64,000 nucleotides of DNA from the NCBI GenBank assembly GCA_004022145.1, contig RCNU01000001.1, one strand, 5' to 3'. The position numbers were made by a program, and so were the translations under genes. Source of the stretch: Paecilomyces variotii. Its lineage: Eukaryota. Of this stretch, positions 39,001 to 52,420 are shown piece by piece (positions within the stretch are counted from its first letter, which is position 1; each line of letters starts with the position of its first letter). Below the pieces are notes generated by a model that worked only from the letters and a program-made list of their open reading frames with translations, had not been told where the DNA came from and made no database searches.

Positions 39001-42000
39001 ACTAAGTATAATTTATCTTAATAGCAGATGCTCAATAATAATAATTAATAGATACTTTTTACAGCAGTATATACTATATATACTACTCTAAAATACCGCT
39101 AAAATTATAATGCGAGATATTAGAGGCATTATACTTTGTTTAATATAATTTATTTAACTTTTAATAAAGCTTCTTATAAAAGTTAGCGGATAACTAGTAA
39201 GAATAAAATTAGATATTAAAATATATCTTATTAATAATTTAAAAGCCAATATATTATTAGGCAATAATACTCTTAGTCTATATAGCTTTATTCTAAATAT
39301 AAGAACAGGCATAGCTATTATTAAAGTATATAAAGGAATAAAACTTCTAATTAAAGTAATAGTAAAACTAAGGCACTATATATTATAATTATTATACTTA
39401 GCTAAGCAAATTATCTTACCCCTAAGAATAAATATATAATTACTAGTTCGCGTTAAAAGCGCATTTAAAGATAATAAAGATTATCTCTTTAAACTATATT
39501 ACACATATATTATATTATTTGCGCATATTATTAATATTAATATATCCTTTATTTAAGCTAGCAACCTTTTAGATTAGCCCTAGGCAATTCTAAAGAAAAC
39601 GCGTCTAGGTATATTAAATAAAATAGCTAATATAAAAGCACTATTACTTAATTCTGCCGTAGCCCTACTTATACAGACTCTATAAACTAAGATTAAATAG
39701 AGTAAGCCAGCTCTTAAGACAATCTAACAATTTAAGCTTAAACAATAAATATTAAATAAAACAACTATATTTAGTAAGCTAGATATTATAAACCGTCTAC
39801 AAAAAATCCTCAATAAATATAATATTTAGGAAAATTACAATTTTATAAATATCCTAAAAGATTAGTAAATAAGAATACTGCTTAAAGAAGAATAAAAAGG
39901 ATATTTACTACGCTATAATAAGGTCTATCCTCTTAATCCTAAGGATAAGAAAATTATTAATTAAATATTTAATAAACTCTATAAATAAGGGCAAATATTA
40001 TAGGCAGAAGGTTATACGCCTAATAAATACCCTATATTTATTATTTAGAAGACAATTAAGAAAGACAGTATCTAGACATATAAAAGATATATTATAATTA
40101 ATATCAGACTGCTAAACTATAAGATAAAACTAAATATCTACCTAATCCTAATTTAAAATAATATTCTCGCAATAATTAAAGGATATATATATATCTTTAT
40201 TTTTAATACTATTTCATTTTTCTACCAGTAGCGAGTTTTTCCTCTATATTAACTAAGACTAGCTATTATAATATATTGCGGATAAGAAATCTTTAATATT
40301 ATAATAATAAGATTCTATAATATACCTATTTATATATAATAGCTAATAAATTTCTACTTAAAAAAGCTTTATAAATTTATGCAAATTTATATTAATAACC
40401 TTATTATTGCCTCTTAAATACTAAAATAATATAAGAAGCATTTATATACTATCTTCTCTATCTTACAGAATTTAAATATTGCCCTAAATTTAAAAAAGTT
40501 ATTTATTAGATTTCTGTTAATAACTTTATTAAGCAAATATATTAACGCGTTTAGCATAGCAACCTTAAAAAACAAGATTAAAGTAATTATTAAGCTACCC
40601 TTTCCTATAACTCTTAAAGACTTAAAATATTTTCTTACCTTAATAAGATAGTTTTACTAATATATTCCTAGCTATATTATTATTACTAGACCCTTATAGA
40701 ACTATAAAATACTGCTAATAAAAGCAGGACTAATTAAAAAAAAACTATATTAGAAGTTTATAGCTATAATATAAGTTAATCTTCTAATAATAAATAAACT
40801 TAAATTATTTATAAAGCTAAAGCAGCACTTTTATAATCTATCTTTTTTATCGTACTTTTCTTTAAATAAAACGCTATATATTAATCTAGACACAGCTAAT
40901 AGCTTAAGAGCTAAAATACTATATCGCAGAATAAAAGCCATAATATACTATATTTATAATAAGAATTGTGCAGATAAATAATACTTATTTTTATTAAGCC
41001 TTTTAGCTAAGGCTATATTTAATAAACAGAAAATATAACCTATTCTATTCCTATTATATTAATTAAATATAGCAGAAACTAGGTACTAGCTAATAAAACT
41101 AAAAATTATATATTTAGTTTAAATACTTTATAAGATCCGGCACTTAATAAAAGCGTCTAAAGGACCTACTATAATATATATAGACTATAGGGCTATACTT
41201 GCTATTATAAAATAAATATCCTTAAAATCTAGTTCTATAGAAAGGATAAACCTATAACTTATATTAGCTAGCTAATATATTTAATACTTTAACTTAAATA
41301 TACAGCATAAGCCCAGCAAAGTAAATATAATTTTTAATATATTCTTATGCCTACTATTTATAATAGTAGAGCCCTATATACTTCTGCTTAAAGATATTAG
41401 AGACCCTATTATCTTTTATAGTAATAGCAATAATATAATAATAATATACTAGAATAATATAATAACTGCTAAAAAAGCAGAAATAATAAATAAGACTGCT
41501 AGGACAATAACCTAAAAGGATAAGATAATCTAGTAAAATATAGATTAAATAAATAGGAGTACTAGATTAATACCCCCTACTAGTACTAGACCAACTAATA
41601 GTATAGGGTTAAAACCTAGACAGAAATATACCGATAGGACTAATAACCTAAATAATAATTAGACCTATATACAGAGGAATACTATTAGTACTAATTTAAA
41701 TAAAAAAATAGATTAAGATAAGCTTAAATAAATAGCATTACTAATTAAAGTTAATAATAATTTTAAAAAAAAGCTAGCATATAAATATAGCAATAACTAA
41801 AGATAATTATAAGTTATAGATATTATCCGGTTAGATAGTAAAACTATACTTCTTTATAAAATAAGGGACAAACTCTTATATTCGCTTAATTGCTATAGCA
41901 GTTATATATATCTTTATATTCCTATATCTATAGCGGGAGAAATTTTTTACCTTACTTATAATAAAGCCAGCCACTTAAGAATTAATAAAATACTTAATAG

Positions 42001-42440
42001 ACTTAACAGCCTTATAATTTATAAAAAAATTAAGCTCCTATACTATTATATTAAACACTGCCTATAATATATTATTAATAGAACTAGGAGATATAGACTA
42101 TATAGCTCTATATAGCTAATCCTTATGCCTTTAATTCTATTTTATACTATTATAATTAATTTTATACTTAGACTATTAATTATAAAAGAATAATAGAAAG
42201 ATTATAACTACTATATATCTATTACATATAAATTTACTAAGCATATTATATTTATCTAAGATATTACAATATAGACAGTATAATAATAAGATATTATACT
42301 TTTAAATAAACTGCGTCTCGCAGATTAGGGACTGCTATATTAGATAATATCTAATAAAGATTAAAAGTTCCTTTTAAAGCTTTAAAGAGTATTATTTATA
42401 AAACTAGGTATTAATTTATTCTATTTAACTGCCTACTACC
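36100..42440 (+). pseudogene. gag-pol relic of C, part 1
   Basis: De-RIPed: C2H2 finger (~38369-38422), protease LDSGCS (~39017), RT IYIDD (~40385-40400), RNase H (~40870-41330), integrase to STAY at 42440; start approximate. Confidence 0.85.
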
Positions 42441-42566
42441 TGATAGGGTTAGGGGATAAAGAAGTTGTCTTCTATTAGCTACGTAAGGAAGTAACTATAT
42501 AGCTAAGTCGTTGGCCTGAGGCTCCCATACCTCGCACCTTCGTGCCCCACTAACGTGGCAGGCAGG
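42441..42566 (-). repeat. Truncated 3' LTR of D1
   Basis: Matches 54654-54779 then stops; intact TG terminus. Confidence 0.88.
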
Positions 42567-42705
42567 GCTGCCAGCGATATATGCTTTCGCCATAGCGTAA
42601 TGCCATCCGCGAAAGGCGTGGCCAGGAGGTGCTTACTCGACTAGGGACTCAGCAACAACAAGTTATAGCATTATATGCTGCGGTGCTGCTATAGTTGCGC
42701 CTGTA

Positions 42706-42768
42706 GCAACGGGTAACATAATATTGGCAACGGGTAACGCGATGTTGGCAATAGGTAACGCGATATTA
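42706..42768. repeat. 21-bp tandem repeat x3 (gcaacgggtaacgcgatgttg-like) in D1 coding relic
   Basis: Direct reading. Confidence 0.8.
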
Positions 42769-43544
42769 AATATCGCGGCCTTAAAGAGTTTAATGTTAAG
42801 GAAACGCAGGGTTAATTTTTGATAGTAATCTGCATTGCGCAGATAATTATAGAGCTTATTATTTAATTAGAAGATTGTCTAGTACAGCTAATATTTAAAT
42901 ATAGGAGCAATCTGTGTAGTATAGTTAGCATAGGTGTTATAGTTGTTATCGCCGTATTCTATATACTAAGGGTCGTTATATCCAGCTTAATAGCTGTCTT
43001 AGTAGTAACTCTTATATTCCTCAGAAAAATTAATTAGATTAGGGGTCTGATCTAGGGCTGCTGTATTATATATTTCTAACTTATAAGTATTATAATTGCC
43101 TTACTGCCTATAGTTCCCTTCTGCAATATCTATAGATTGCCCTATTTTAGCACTTGTATAGGCCGCAGCTTAAGGCTATACTAGAAAAGGAGGGCCTTAA
43201 TTGCTAGTATTATTTATATATTATTATAAGTAGGTCCTGTTTAAAGCTTATTAGTTCTAATTATTATATTAGTTCTAGCTATTATATTATAGGAACTAGC
43301 GTAATTATACTAGGGGTTAGCCTAGATTTTAAGTCTAGCGCTATAGCGTCTAATACTGCTGTACCTAAGCCGGTTAATATAATATTAAATAATTAGGATA
43401 GTTATAGCCTTAATAGTTCCTATTCTGTATAAACTATTATAAGGCTTTATCTCTAGTCTGGTTAGTATTATTAGTACTATCTTAGTTCTGCCTTAAGGAA
43501 TTTAAGAAGGGAGAATAATAGGAAAAGGTAGACTAGTTATATAG

Positions 43545-43750
43545 GTAGTTCGGTTCGGTTTGGGGGAGGGTTGGACCGCCTATAGCGGGTTTTAGTTTAG
43601 GGCAGAAAAACCATACCTAAACTGAACTGTATTCTGGCGGTTTAGTTTAAAACTAAAAAAACCAAAATATTCGCCAAGACCGGGCGCTAAACTAACTTAA
43701 GTTAGATTTTTCTTAAACGGTTTAATTTAAATGGTTTATACGGTTTACAG
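43545..43750. repeat. Left subterminal repeat array of E (cggtt/aaccg/aacta units)
   Basis: ttcggttcggtttg, gcggtttag, acggttta etc.; typical hAT transposase-binding repeats. Confidence 0.75.
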
Positions 43751-45799
43751 TGTTAAAGGTATTAATATTCTATATTATTTTATATTATTATTAAATTTAT
43801 ATCCTTTTAAATCTATAGCTAAAAAATAGTTTAGATATAATATTATTATATTAAATCTAAAAGTATAAAGATAGTCTTTTAAGATATTATTAAATATTAA
43901 TATAGACTTTAAAATAATTGTTATAGAAATATATATATATATTTATAAACTATAGTGCTAATAGAGTATTATTAAACAATATATATAATTTATTATAAAA
44001 GCTAAAGTTATTAAACTAAAGAATAGATTTTATTTACTATTATTATTCTTAATAGAAAGTAATTTCTAGATTATTCTTTTAATAAATTAACAATAAAATC
44101 TATATATAATTAGTAAGTTATAACTTCTACAGAAAATATATAAATTCTATATATTTATAAAGCTTACTAAAATTCTAACTTAAGTTTAAACTATTAAAAT
44201 TATATTATTCTTATAGCTATTTTTTTTTTATCTGGATATAGTTTTTAAGTCGAATATTATTTTTTTGTAATAGATAATCCCCCAATTAAACTATTTAATA
44301 TAGCCATTCTATTGTAAATTACAGATACTTATTTTACCTTAATTTGGCTCTATTAATATAATACTATAATAATAAAACTAAGGTCTTTTTTTTTACTAAT
44401 TTTAAGAAATAATTCTATGCTAGAAGAAGAAATTAATATAGTTATTTTTAGCCAAGATCTTGTAGATTATAATCCTAAATTATAAGATACTTTCCCTTAC
44501 TATTTAAGGAAGCAATTAAAGTAATCCCCTAAATATGCTAGAATTATTTATCTTAAATTAGATTAGCTACCTATATTTTTATTAGCATACTAAATATAAT
44601 AAGCTAGGTTGCTTAGTGTTTTTTTACGGTAAACTATAAGTAGAAATATATATCTTACATATTAATATTGGGCAATAAAATTTACTAATTTACCTTTTAA
44701 ATAGTATTAGGAAAAGAAAGAAAGCAAGGATAAATATAAGGGTATCCCTTAATCTTATTAAGCTAAATAAGAAATATAGCAATTTTAGATAAAGTAGCTT
44801 TAAGATTAGTAAAGATATCCTTAGGAATAATTAGATTAATCTTAACAGTAACTATTATAACCTAGGGCTAATATCTTTCTTTTCTAAAGGCGAATTAAAT
44901 AAGATAGTTTTAAAAGAGAAATATTAAGATTTTATAAAGTAATAATTAAAAGAAATTATAAGTTATTTATTATTATAATAGCTCTAGGTGCAGAGGGCAG
45001 TTTAAATAAATAATCTAAGCTAGAAAAGAGCATTTTAACTTAAGTTAGAATATACTAGAAGGTTATATTTAAAGTATTTAGTATTACTTTAGCTATATTA
45101 CCAAATAAACTAACTGTCGCCTATATATAATTTGGCCTATAGAGGAATAAGATAAATAATAAATATTATATGCTAATCTTTTAATTAAATATATCTAACT
45201 AAAACCTAAGAATCTAAAGCGCCTTTAAGATACTACTATAAACTATTAAGAAAGAAATATAAGCAGTAAGTTATTATAAGATATTACCGATAGTAAAGAT
45301 AATAACAAATTAAATATATAATAGACCTACTTATAATTTAACTTAAGTTAGAATTTATAAGTTTAGTCTCTAAAAAATAGGTAAGGCTTACTTATTTAAT
45401 TAGCAATAATCTTACTAGTAATAGTTAATTAGAGCAGTAATAGAATAATTAATAAGGGAGCCTAGGGAGTCTCTAATATTATATACCTATATATATGCGA
45501 TTTCTTAATTAGGTATAGTCTATATTAGGAGTATATATATTATATTATTTTTTCTTTTACTATATTTATTTTTTTCACTAAATATACTCTTTAATAAAAA
45601 GAGTGGATTTTAATCTAGTTAGAATTCAATTAAAGAATTCTAGGTAAGGAATAACGCATAGACTAGATAACAATTTAACTTAAGTTAGATTATTTTTAAG
45701 GATATAAGGGAAGATTATTATATATTATTATAAGTCACTAACCCTACTATAATTAAAATTCTAACTTAAGTTAAAGGCTTTATAACTTTACTTATTAGA

Positions 45800-48700
45800 G
45801 AGATAGCACAAATAATAAAAGCATCTATTAGATAATAAGGCAAACTCTCTAAGATTTTAGTGTAAAAAACCCAGCTAAAAGTATTAATAAAAGAGACCCA
45901 AGACTTATAATTATAGCAATTCTATAGAACCCTATTTAGATTTTAAGCCTATTTAGATTAATATATTATATAGGCTAAAGGCCTGCATAGCTAAGGCTAA
46001 AGTCTTTTTAATAATAAGAGATAATATAATCCGCGCAGAGCTCAAGAATAAATATCTAGAAATATTATATATAGATATAAAGAAGCTTAAAATATCTTAG
46101 AAAGATATAGAATACAATTAAGATATTAATACCAATTATATTAAGAATTTAAAGAATAAGTTCCGCATTAATATGCGGAGATTCGATGTTAATATATAAA
46201 TAAAAGCGACCCTAAGCATTAAAGACTTTAACCTAGCATTACAGGCATATATAGCAGAATTATTAAAATTAATAGATATTAGCAATATCTACAATCTCTT
46301 AAGGCAGCGGCAGGATAAAAATAGCAATTTTTTTATCTACCTAGAGAAATAACTAAAAGGGCTCGCGTTACTAATATTATAAGCCGGGCAATATTATTAT
46401 ACAGCTCTTTTAAAGCTGCTAACTAAGCAGAAAGAAATAGCTGCTGCTAAAGCTATTAATTATAAAGGAAAGATAATTAAAAGACTATAGGCTAATATAT
46501 ATTCTTATTTTAATTTAAATTAGAATTTAGCTAATTAATCTATAGGCATATCTCTGGGTTATTAATCTCTATAATAAGGCAATATTATTAGAAGTTCTTA
46601 CAGCATTATAATCTAATTATAAAGATATTACTCGCATTAATACTAATAAAAAATATATGCTTTTACTTATTAAGGAGTAAGAAAAGAAACCTATAGATTA
46701 ATACAAGGAACTGCTAAAGAACTATAAAGAGTTTAAAAATTAAGCATATCTTATTATTAATATATTATTTAATTATACAGCTTATACTATAGCCCCTTTA
46801 TATAATAATATTTAGTTATAATATTTATAGGAGTATTTATAGACAGCTTATAATTACTCTTATTAGAACTATATATTAGGAGAGATAATTATAAACATAA
46901 AGCTAGATCAAGTATATTTAAGGATCTAATTTTAATTTTAATTTTCTAACTTAAGTTAGATCTAGATTATAAAGTTTAAGAAATTTTTTAGCTTTGCTAA
47001 GATAATCTTTATAGATAAGTAAAGCGGAATAATATTAGCAAAAAATTAAAAACTAATTACTAAATATTACTACAGCGCGAGCAACTATACCTTATATATA
47101 TTATTTTTTCCTTTGTAGGCAGATTATAAAAATAATAGACTTAAGCTATCTTTAAATCATAGGTAGTTTAATAAATAATTATTGCCTTACTTAAAGATTC
47201 TTATACTATCTCTTAAAAACTCTATTTAATAACTATCTTTCCTTATAACCCTGCTAGATAAAGTATATATATAAATATAGAAGAATATTTCAGAAAATAG
47301 AGAACTTAAGTTCCCCTTATAATAAGTTCTAACTTAAGTTAGATATAAAAATTAATTATAAACTAATTATTATAAGAGCTTATAAATTAATCTTAATAAT
47401 AAAATTAGTCTCTTATTAAAATCTATGCTAAAATATATTATATTTTAATATAATTTAAAATAACAGTATCCTGCTACAGCCTCTAAATATCTCTAAGAAT
47501 TTTAATAGATAAATAAACTTTAATATTTCCTCTTTTATAAATCTAATAATATATATATTGTTAAGGGCTTTATAGAAAAACTTATTAATAAGCTTTATAA
47601 AGACTCCCTATAAACCTAGGCAGATCTAAAGCATTATATAATAACCTTATTTAACTATAATTAGAATTAATACTAATATCTTTTAGCTGCTAAAACTATA
47701 TAGCAACCTCTGCTTCTAAAATATTAAAGAATAAAATAGTTATAACTAATAATATATATATCTTTCTTATTTTAAGCGGCATTATTAGGCCTATATCCTT
47801 TATATAACTTCTGAAGTAGTCCTACTTAACTTTAAGAGCATTATAAATTAATTTAATAATAAGAGCGAGATTATAAATCTAGACTATTCTAACTTAAGTT
47901 AAAACTAATATAATATAGGGTAAATAACTTTCTACCTTTACTATCTTTAGTAGTATTATATAATAAGCCCAATTCTAATATAATAATATAGTAAAGAACC
48001 TGAGAATCCTAAAAATTAACTAATATAAAGATAACTTAAAGATTTAATCTAATATTGCCAGGGCTCTATAAATATATTAATCTATTAAGAGAAACATAAT
48101 TTATATTATAAAGCTTAGCTTTTCTAAGACTAATAATTATAAAAAGGATTCTAAGGATCTTATTAAGACTAAGGTATATATACCACTAATTTAACTTAAG
48201 TTAGAAATTAACCTAATTTAAGAAAAATAATATTAGTGCTTACAGGCACTAAGAGAGGTTACCAATCTTTTAATTAAGTAGGACTAGGCTTTAAATATAA
48301 ATAATATAAATAAATATCTATAGCGCTTTACACTAGACTATAATCTTAAAATTAAGAATAAATATACTATTTAGAAAAAGTTATATACGCCTTTTTTAAC
48401 CTTATTAAACTAACTACTAATAAATAAATGCCCTTATAATAATAATAAAAAATAATATAAGCTAGAGAATTAGAAACAGCTCTAAGCCATTACTTTTAAT
48501 ACCCTAAAAAAGAAATAGAAAGTATTAAAGGATTCTATAGATAAATAAATTAATATATCTATTCTAACTAAAGTTAGAATAAGATTTAATTAAAATTCTA
48601 GATTAAGATGTAGAGACTAATAGGGCGAATAATATGCCTTAAAAGAATAATATAGATAATAATAATAAAGGTAAGTTATTTTTCTTACTAATTATATTAT
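45800..48700 (+). pseudogene. Multi-exon cargo gene relic, DUF3723-like / ParB-DGQHR-like protein
   Basis: De-RIPed reading ~46027-46420: IRAELKNKYLG...YNRDIDTNHVKNLKNKFR..MRRFDV...LVLQAGQHRxAALLEL; next exon ~46547 AYLWVIDLYD; family call by motif recall only; boundaries approximate. Confidence 0.55.
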
Positions 48701-49229
48701 TAAATAGTTATAATAATATTATTATTATAAGTATAAAAGCGGGGCTAAGTTTTTAATTTAAATTTAAGTTTTTTAGTTTAGCTCTAGGTAAGCTATCTTA
48801 ATAATATTTACTTAATATATAAGAAACTAATTTAAGTTAAAAGTAAAATAATTAGGTTTTTTTTAGACTAATAATATAATCTCTACTTTTAAGTTAAATT
48901 ACTTAAGAATAGTTTTCCTCTAGTAATAAGAACTTATATTATTTAAAAGCTTTATCTCTAACTTAAGTTAGAGTAGATTTTATTAATAAAACAGAAATTA
49001 GTTTTTAAAGATTTAATTTAAGTTAATATAGCTATTGCTTTTTATTTCTATTTTAAGATAATAATTAGAGATAAAAAAGTAAGACTGTAAAGATAGGGAC
49101 TATAGAATAGAAGAAAAAAACAATATATCTTAATAATTTAGGCTGGCTCTATAGTAACTTAAGATATAAATATATCTAAGCAAGAATCTAACTTAAGTTA
49201 AAATATTATAGATATTATACTGCCGCCAA

Positions 49230-52060
49230 TATTATTATCTTTAAATTTCTTTTTCTCCTTGCTTTATTTTAATAGAGATATATTAAGATTATCGGGTCCT
49301 TTATTATAGTTTTAGAATTATATTATTTATACTCTTACAGAGACCTATAAGACTTCTTTATTTTTAGATATTAATATTTAAGATATAAATTTTAATTATA
49401 ATCCTATTAAATAATATAAGCCCTAATCTAAAGCTAATACTCCTAACTTAACCGAACTTAAGATAATAAGATATAATTAAGGAAAGGCTATTATCTATCT
49501 AGCTCTTCTAGAACAGGTTTAGATTTTTAAATCTTAATAAAGTAAAATAGAGTTTATAAAATAGCAGTCTAAGTTTTAATAAATAAAAATAAAGACTTAA
49601 TTATATATATAGCAATATTATTAAGAAGTTACAAATAATATTTCTAGCGTCCCTTATATATAATATTTATATTGCTCTATATTTTTTTAATATCCTTATA
49701 AAAGAGGAAATAGCACTAGCTTAATAGCCGCCTATATAAAAAGAGCTATATACTAATCTAGAGATAAGACTCAGAAAAATAGCAATATTTAAAATATATT
49801 AATTATAAAGGTAAGAACTAGATAATTAATATAAACTTTATTACTGATATTTTCTTTAGAAAACTTTTAATCTAATATATATACCAGATATATTATATAA
49901 TTAGATTCTGTATTTTATTATAGGATATTGCCAATTGTTTTAAATAGTTAAATATATTTAGTTCTGCTATATATTATATATAGCTGCTGGTAATTTATAT
50001 CTAGAGTTACTTAACCAATATTAGATTTAAACACGCCTTTTTAAACTTAAGGAGATCAATTATATTAAAATACTGTTATATTTATTAGAATAAGGAAAGA
50101 TTTCTCTAGTATTAAATTATTAGACTAATTAAAATTAATATTCTTTTCTTATTATAACTAGGTATTTTATTAATATAAAATAAGTATATAGAGAAATATT
50201 TTTAACCTTTAATTCTGTTTATAGATTATATATTAGGAAAAACTTAGCTAAAATACTACTAAAGAATCTTTATTAATATAATCTATAATATTAGATCCTT
50301 ACTATTATTATAGATAATATAAGTAATAATACTACCCTAATAGCGAAGCTAGATAAAAGCCTAAGAGATAAGCTTAAAACAGATTTATTATTAGAAGATT
50401 TCTAAGATATAATATTAAGTTAACTTATTTTAAATCGCTATTATATTCTATATTTAGCATATATTTTATAACTTACAGTTAATACTTTGCTAAGCAAACT
50501 TTATATTAATACTTTTATTAATAATAGTATTAATTAAGATATAAAAAAGGATAGAGGCTTATTATATCTTTAGGGTATCCTAATATTATTAAAAAAAGTA
50601 TTCTCTATCTAACTTAAGTTAGATTAATACTAACAGATTTCTGTATAGGTTTATAAGATTACTAGATTTATTAATGTAAGCCCTTAGCATTGGGAATATT
50701 TCCTAATACTATAATAATCAAATACTAGTTAGCTAAAATTATTACTTCTTAATTGCCGGACATAATAGAATTTAATATATCTTATACTTATATATGCCCT
50801 TAAACTGCGTGCAGTAATTGGACGATTTATTATATTATAAGCTAATAAAGATATTTGTTTTCTAATATTATCCCCTACTAAATGGCGTCAGGTTAAATAT
50901 CTTATTAAGTTAACCTAGCTATTTTATAATCTTATTCTCGCTGTATTAAAGATAAACAGTCTATTAATTTATAGGGTTTTTAAAATCTATAATACTATCT
51001 TTAATTATCTTAATAATTATATAAAACATTTAAAATTAAAAAGAGCTATATAGAAGATCTAACTCCGAGATGCTTTATCTAAAGCTTATAATAAGTTACG
51101 AACTTATTATGCCAAAATATATGAATCTTAAGGATTTATATATACAATTATAACAATTTTTTACCCCAGCGCAAAACTTAAATATTTTAAAACTTAGGTC
51201 TAGTAAGATATAATAAAAAACTGGTATAATACTTATAAAAAGATTTTTTATAAGGTATTTTAATACTACAGTAATTAAAATCTAAATATTAAGATATAAT
51301 TAAGAACCTATTTATTAGTCTTAACCTTAGATTATATGCTTACACGATCTAAATATTATTATTTCTCTTTAAGTACTACTAGTACTTATTAAGAAATTTA
51401 GACTTATCTTACTAAAAGTAATGTTCTATCTAATATTATATCTAAATCACATAATATTATTCTAACTTAAATTGGATTAGGTTTATCAGAATTAGATAAT
51501 ATCCTTAACTATTAGAGAATTAATAAACACTAATTCCTAATTCTTATAATAATAGCCTGAGATTTTCTTATAATCCCATTAAATAGTATTAGTATAGAAC
51601 AATTATTTAATAATACTTAAGATATCTGCTATTATTAATATAGCTAATTACTTCTTAATATAATCTATACTTTAATACTTCTTATATATACTAAAAATTT
51701 CACTATTTAGCAGGAGTTTAAGGCAATAACTAATAATATAGATATAACACCTGATAATCAATAATTTAAAAGGGAGAAGATTAAATCGCCAAATCTAATT
51801 AGTAATAATAAAGATATAGATAATATATTAGAAGGAAAGATAAATATAGATAATAAAGATTATTAAATAGAGCAGTTTAGGGGTTAAGGTCTTTTAAATA
51901 TTTAAATAGATTAACCTATTATTAAGTCTACTTATAATAAAGGAGAATAATTAGATAAATTGCCTATACCTAGAGTTTCTATGTATCCTTGGAGAAACAC
52001 AGTAACTATAGATAAACCTAAGTCTTCTAGTTATTGCTTATACCAGATTAACTATATTAA
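49230..52060 (+). pseudogene. hAT transposase relic with introns
   Basis: De-RIPed: ILTITxDNASNN (~50295-50330), PCLAHILQL (~50447-50475), DCRTRWNSTYLML (~50750-50790), RDFLxIPxSGVGVERLFNSARDIC dimerisation domain (~51558-51630); introns ~50575-50648 and ~51418-51480. Confidence 0.88.
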
Positions 52061-52229
52061 AGGCTAATATAAATATTAAGAATCTAACTTAAGTTAGACT
52101 CTAATATTATATTCTAATATTATTCTACTAATTTTTAGTTAATATTTAGTAATAGATATTATAAAGAAATAAAAATCTAAATAGTTCTTAAAGATTAATA
52201 AGATTTATATAAAAATTCAGATTAATCTA

Positions 52230-52420
52230 AAGTAACTAAAAAAAACTAAAAAAACTAAATTAAACCAAAAAACCCAAAAAAACTAAACCTAAAAAAACTA
52301 TATAATGCACTATAAACTATCAGTTCGGTTTATAAAGTCTATAAACCGTTCCGGTTTATAAAATTATAAACCGAACTAAATTATAGGCAGTTCAGTTCGG
52401 TTTAGTTCGGTTTTTTTAGT
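52230..52420. repeat. Right subterminal repeat array of E
   Basis: aaaacta/aaacc/aaccg/ttcggtt units. Confidence 0.75.

Larger units (their letters stand above)
43691..52098. repeat. Dispersed 16-bp palindrome TCTAACTTAAGTTAGA, >=15 copies confined to E
   Basis: Perfect at 46945, 47328, 48957, 50608, 52083; 1-2 mismatches at 43691, 44174, 45034, 45337, 45674, 45760, 47888, 48190, 48563, 49187, 51461; more degenerate at 46509, 48826, 49012. Confidence 0.92.

Noticed and set aside
43691-52098. Palindromic repeats as a CRISPR array or REP/MITE family
   Set aside because: Spacing irregular and mostly hundreds of bp, unit only 16 bp, eukaryotic context, no cas genes, no evident TSDs around copies
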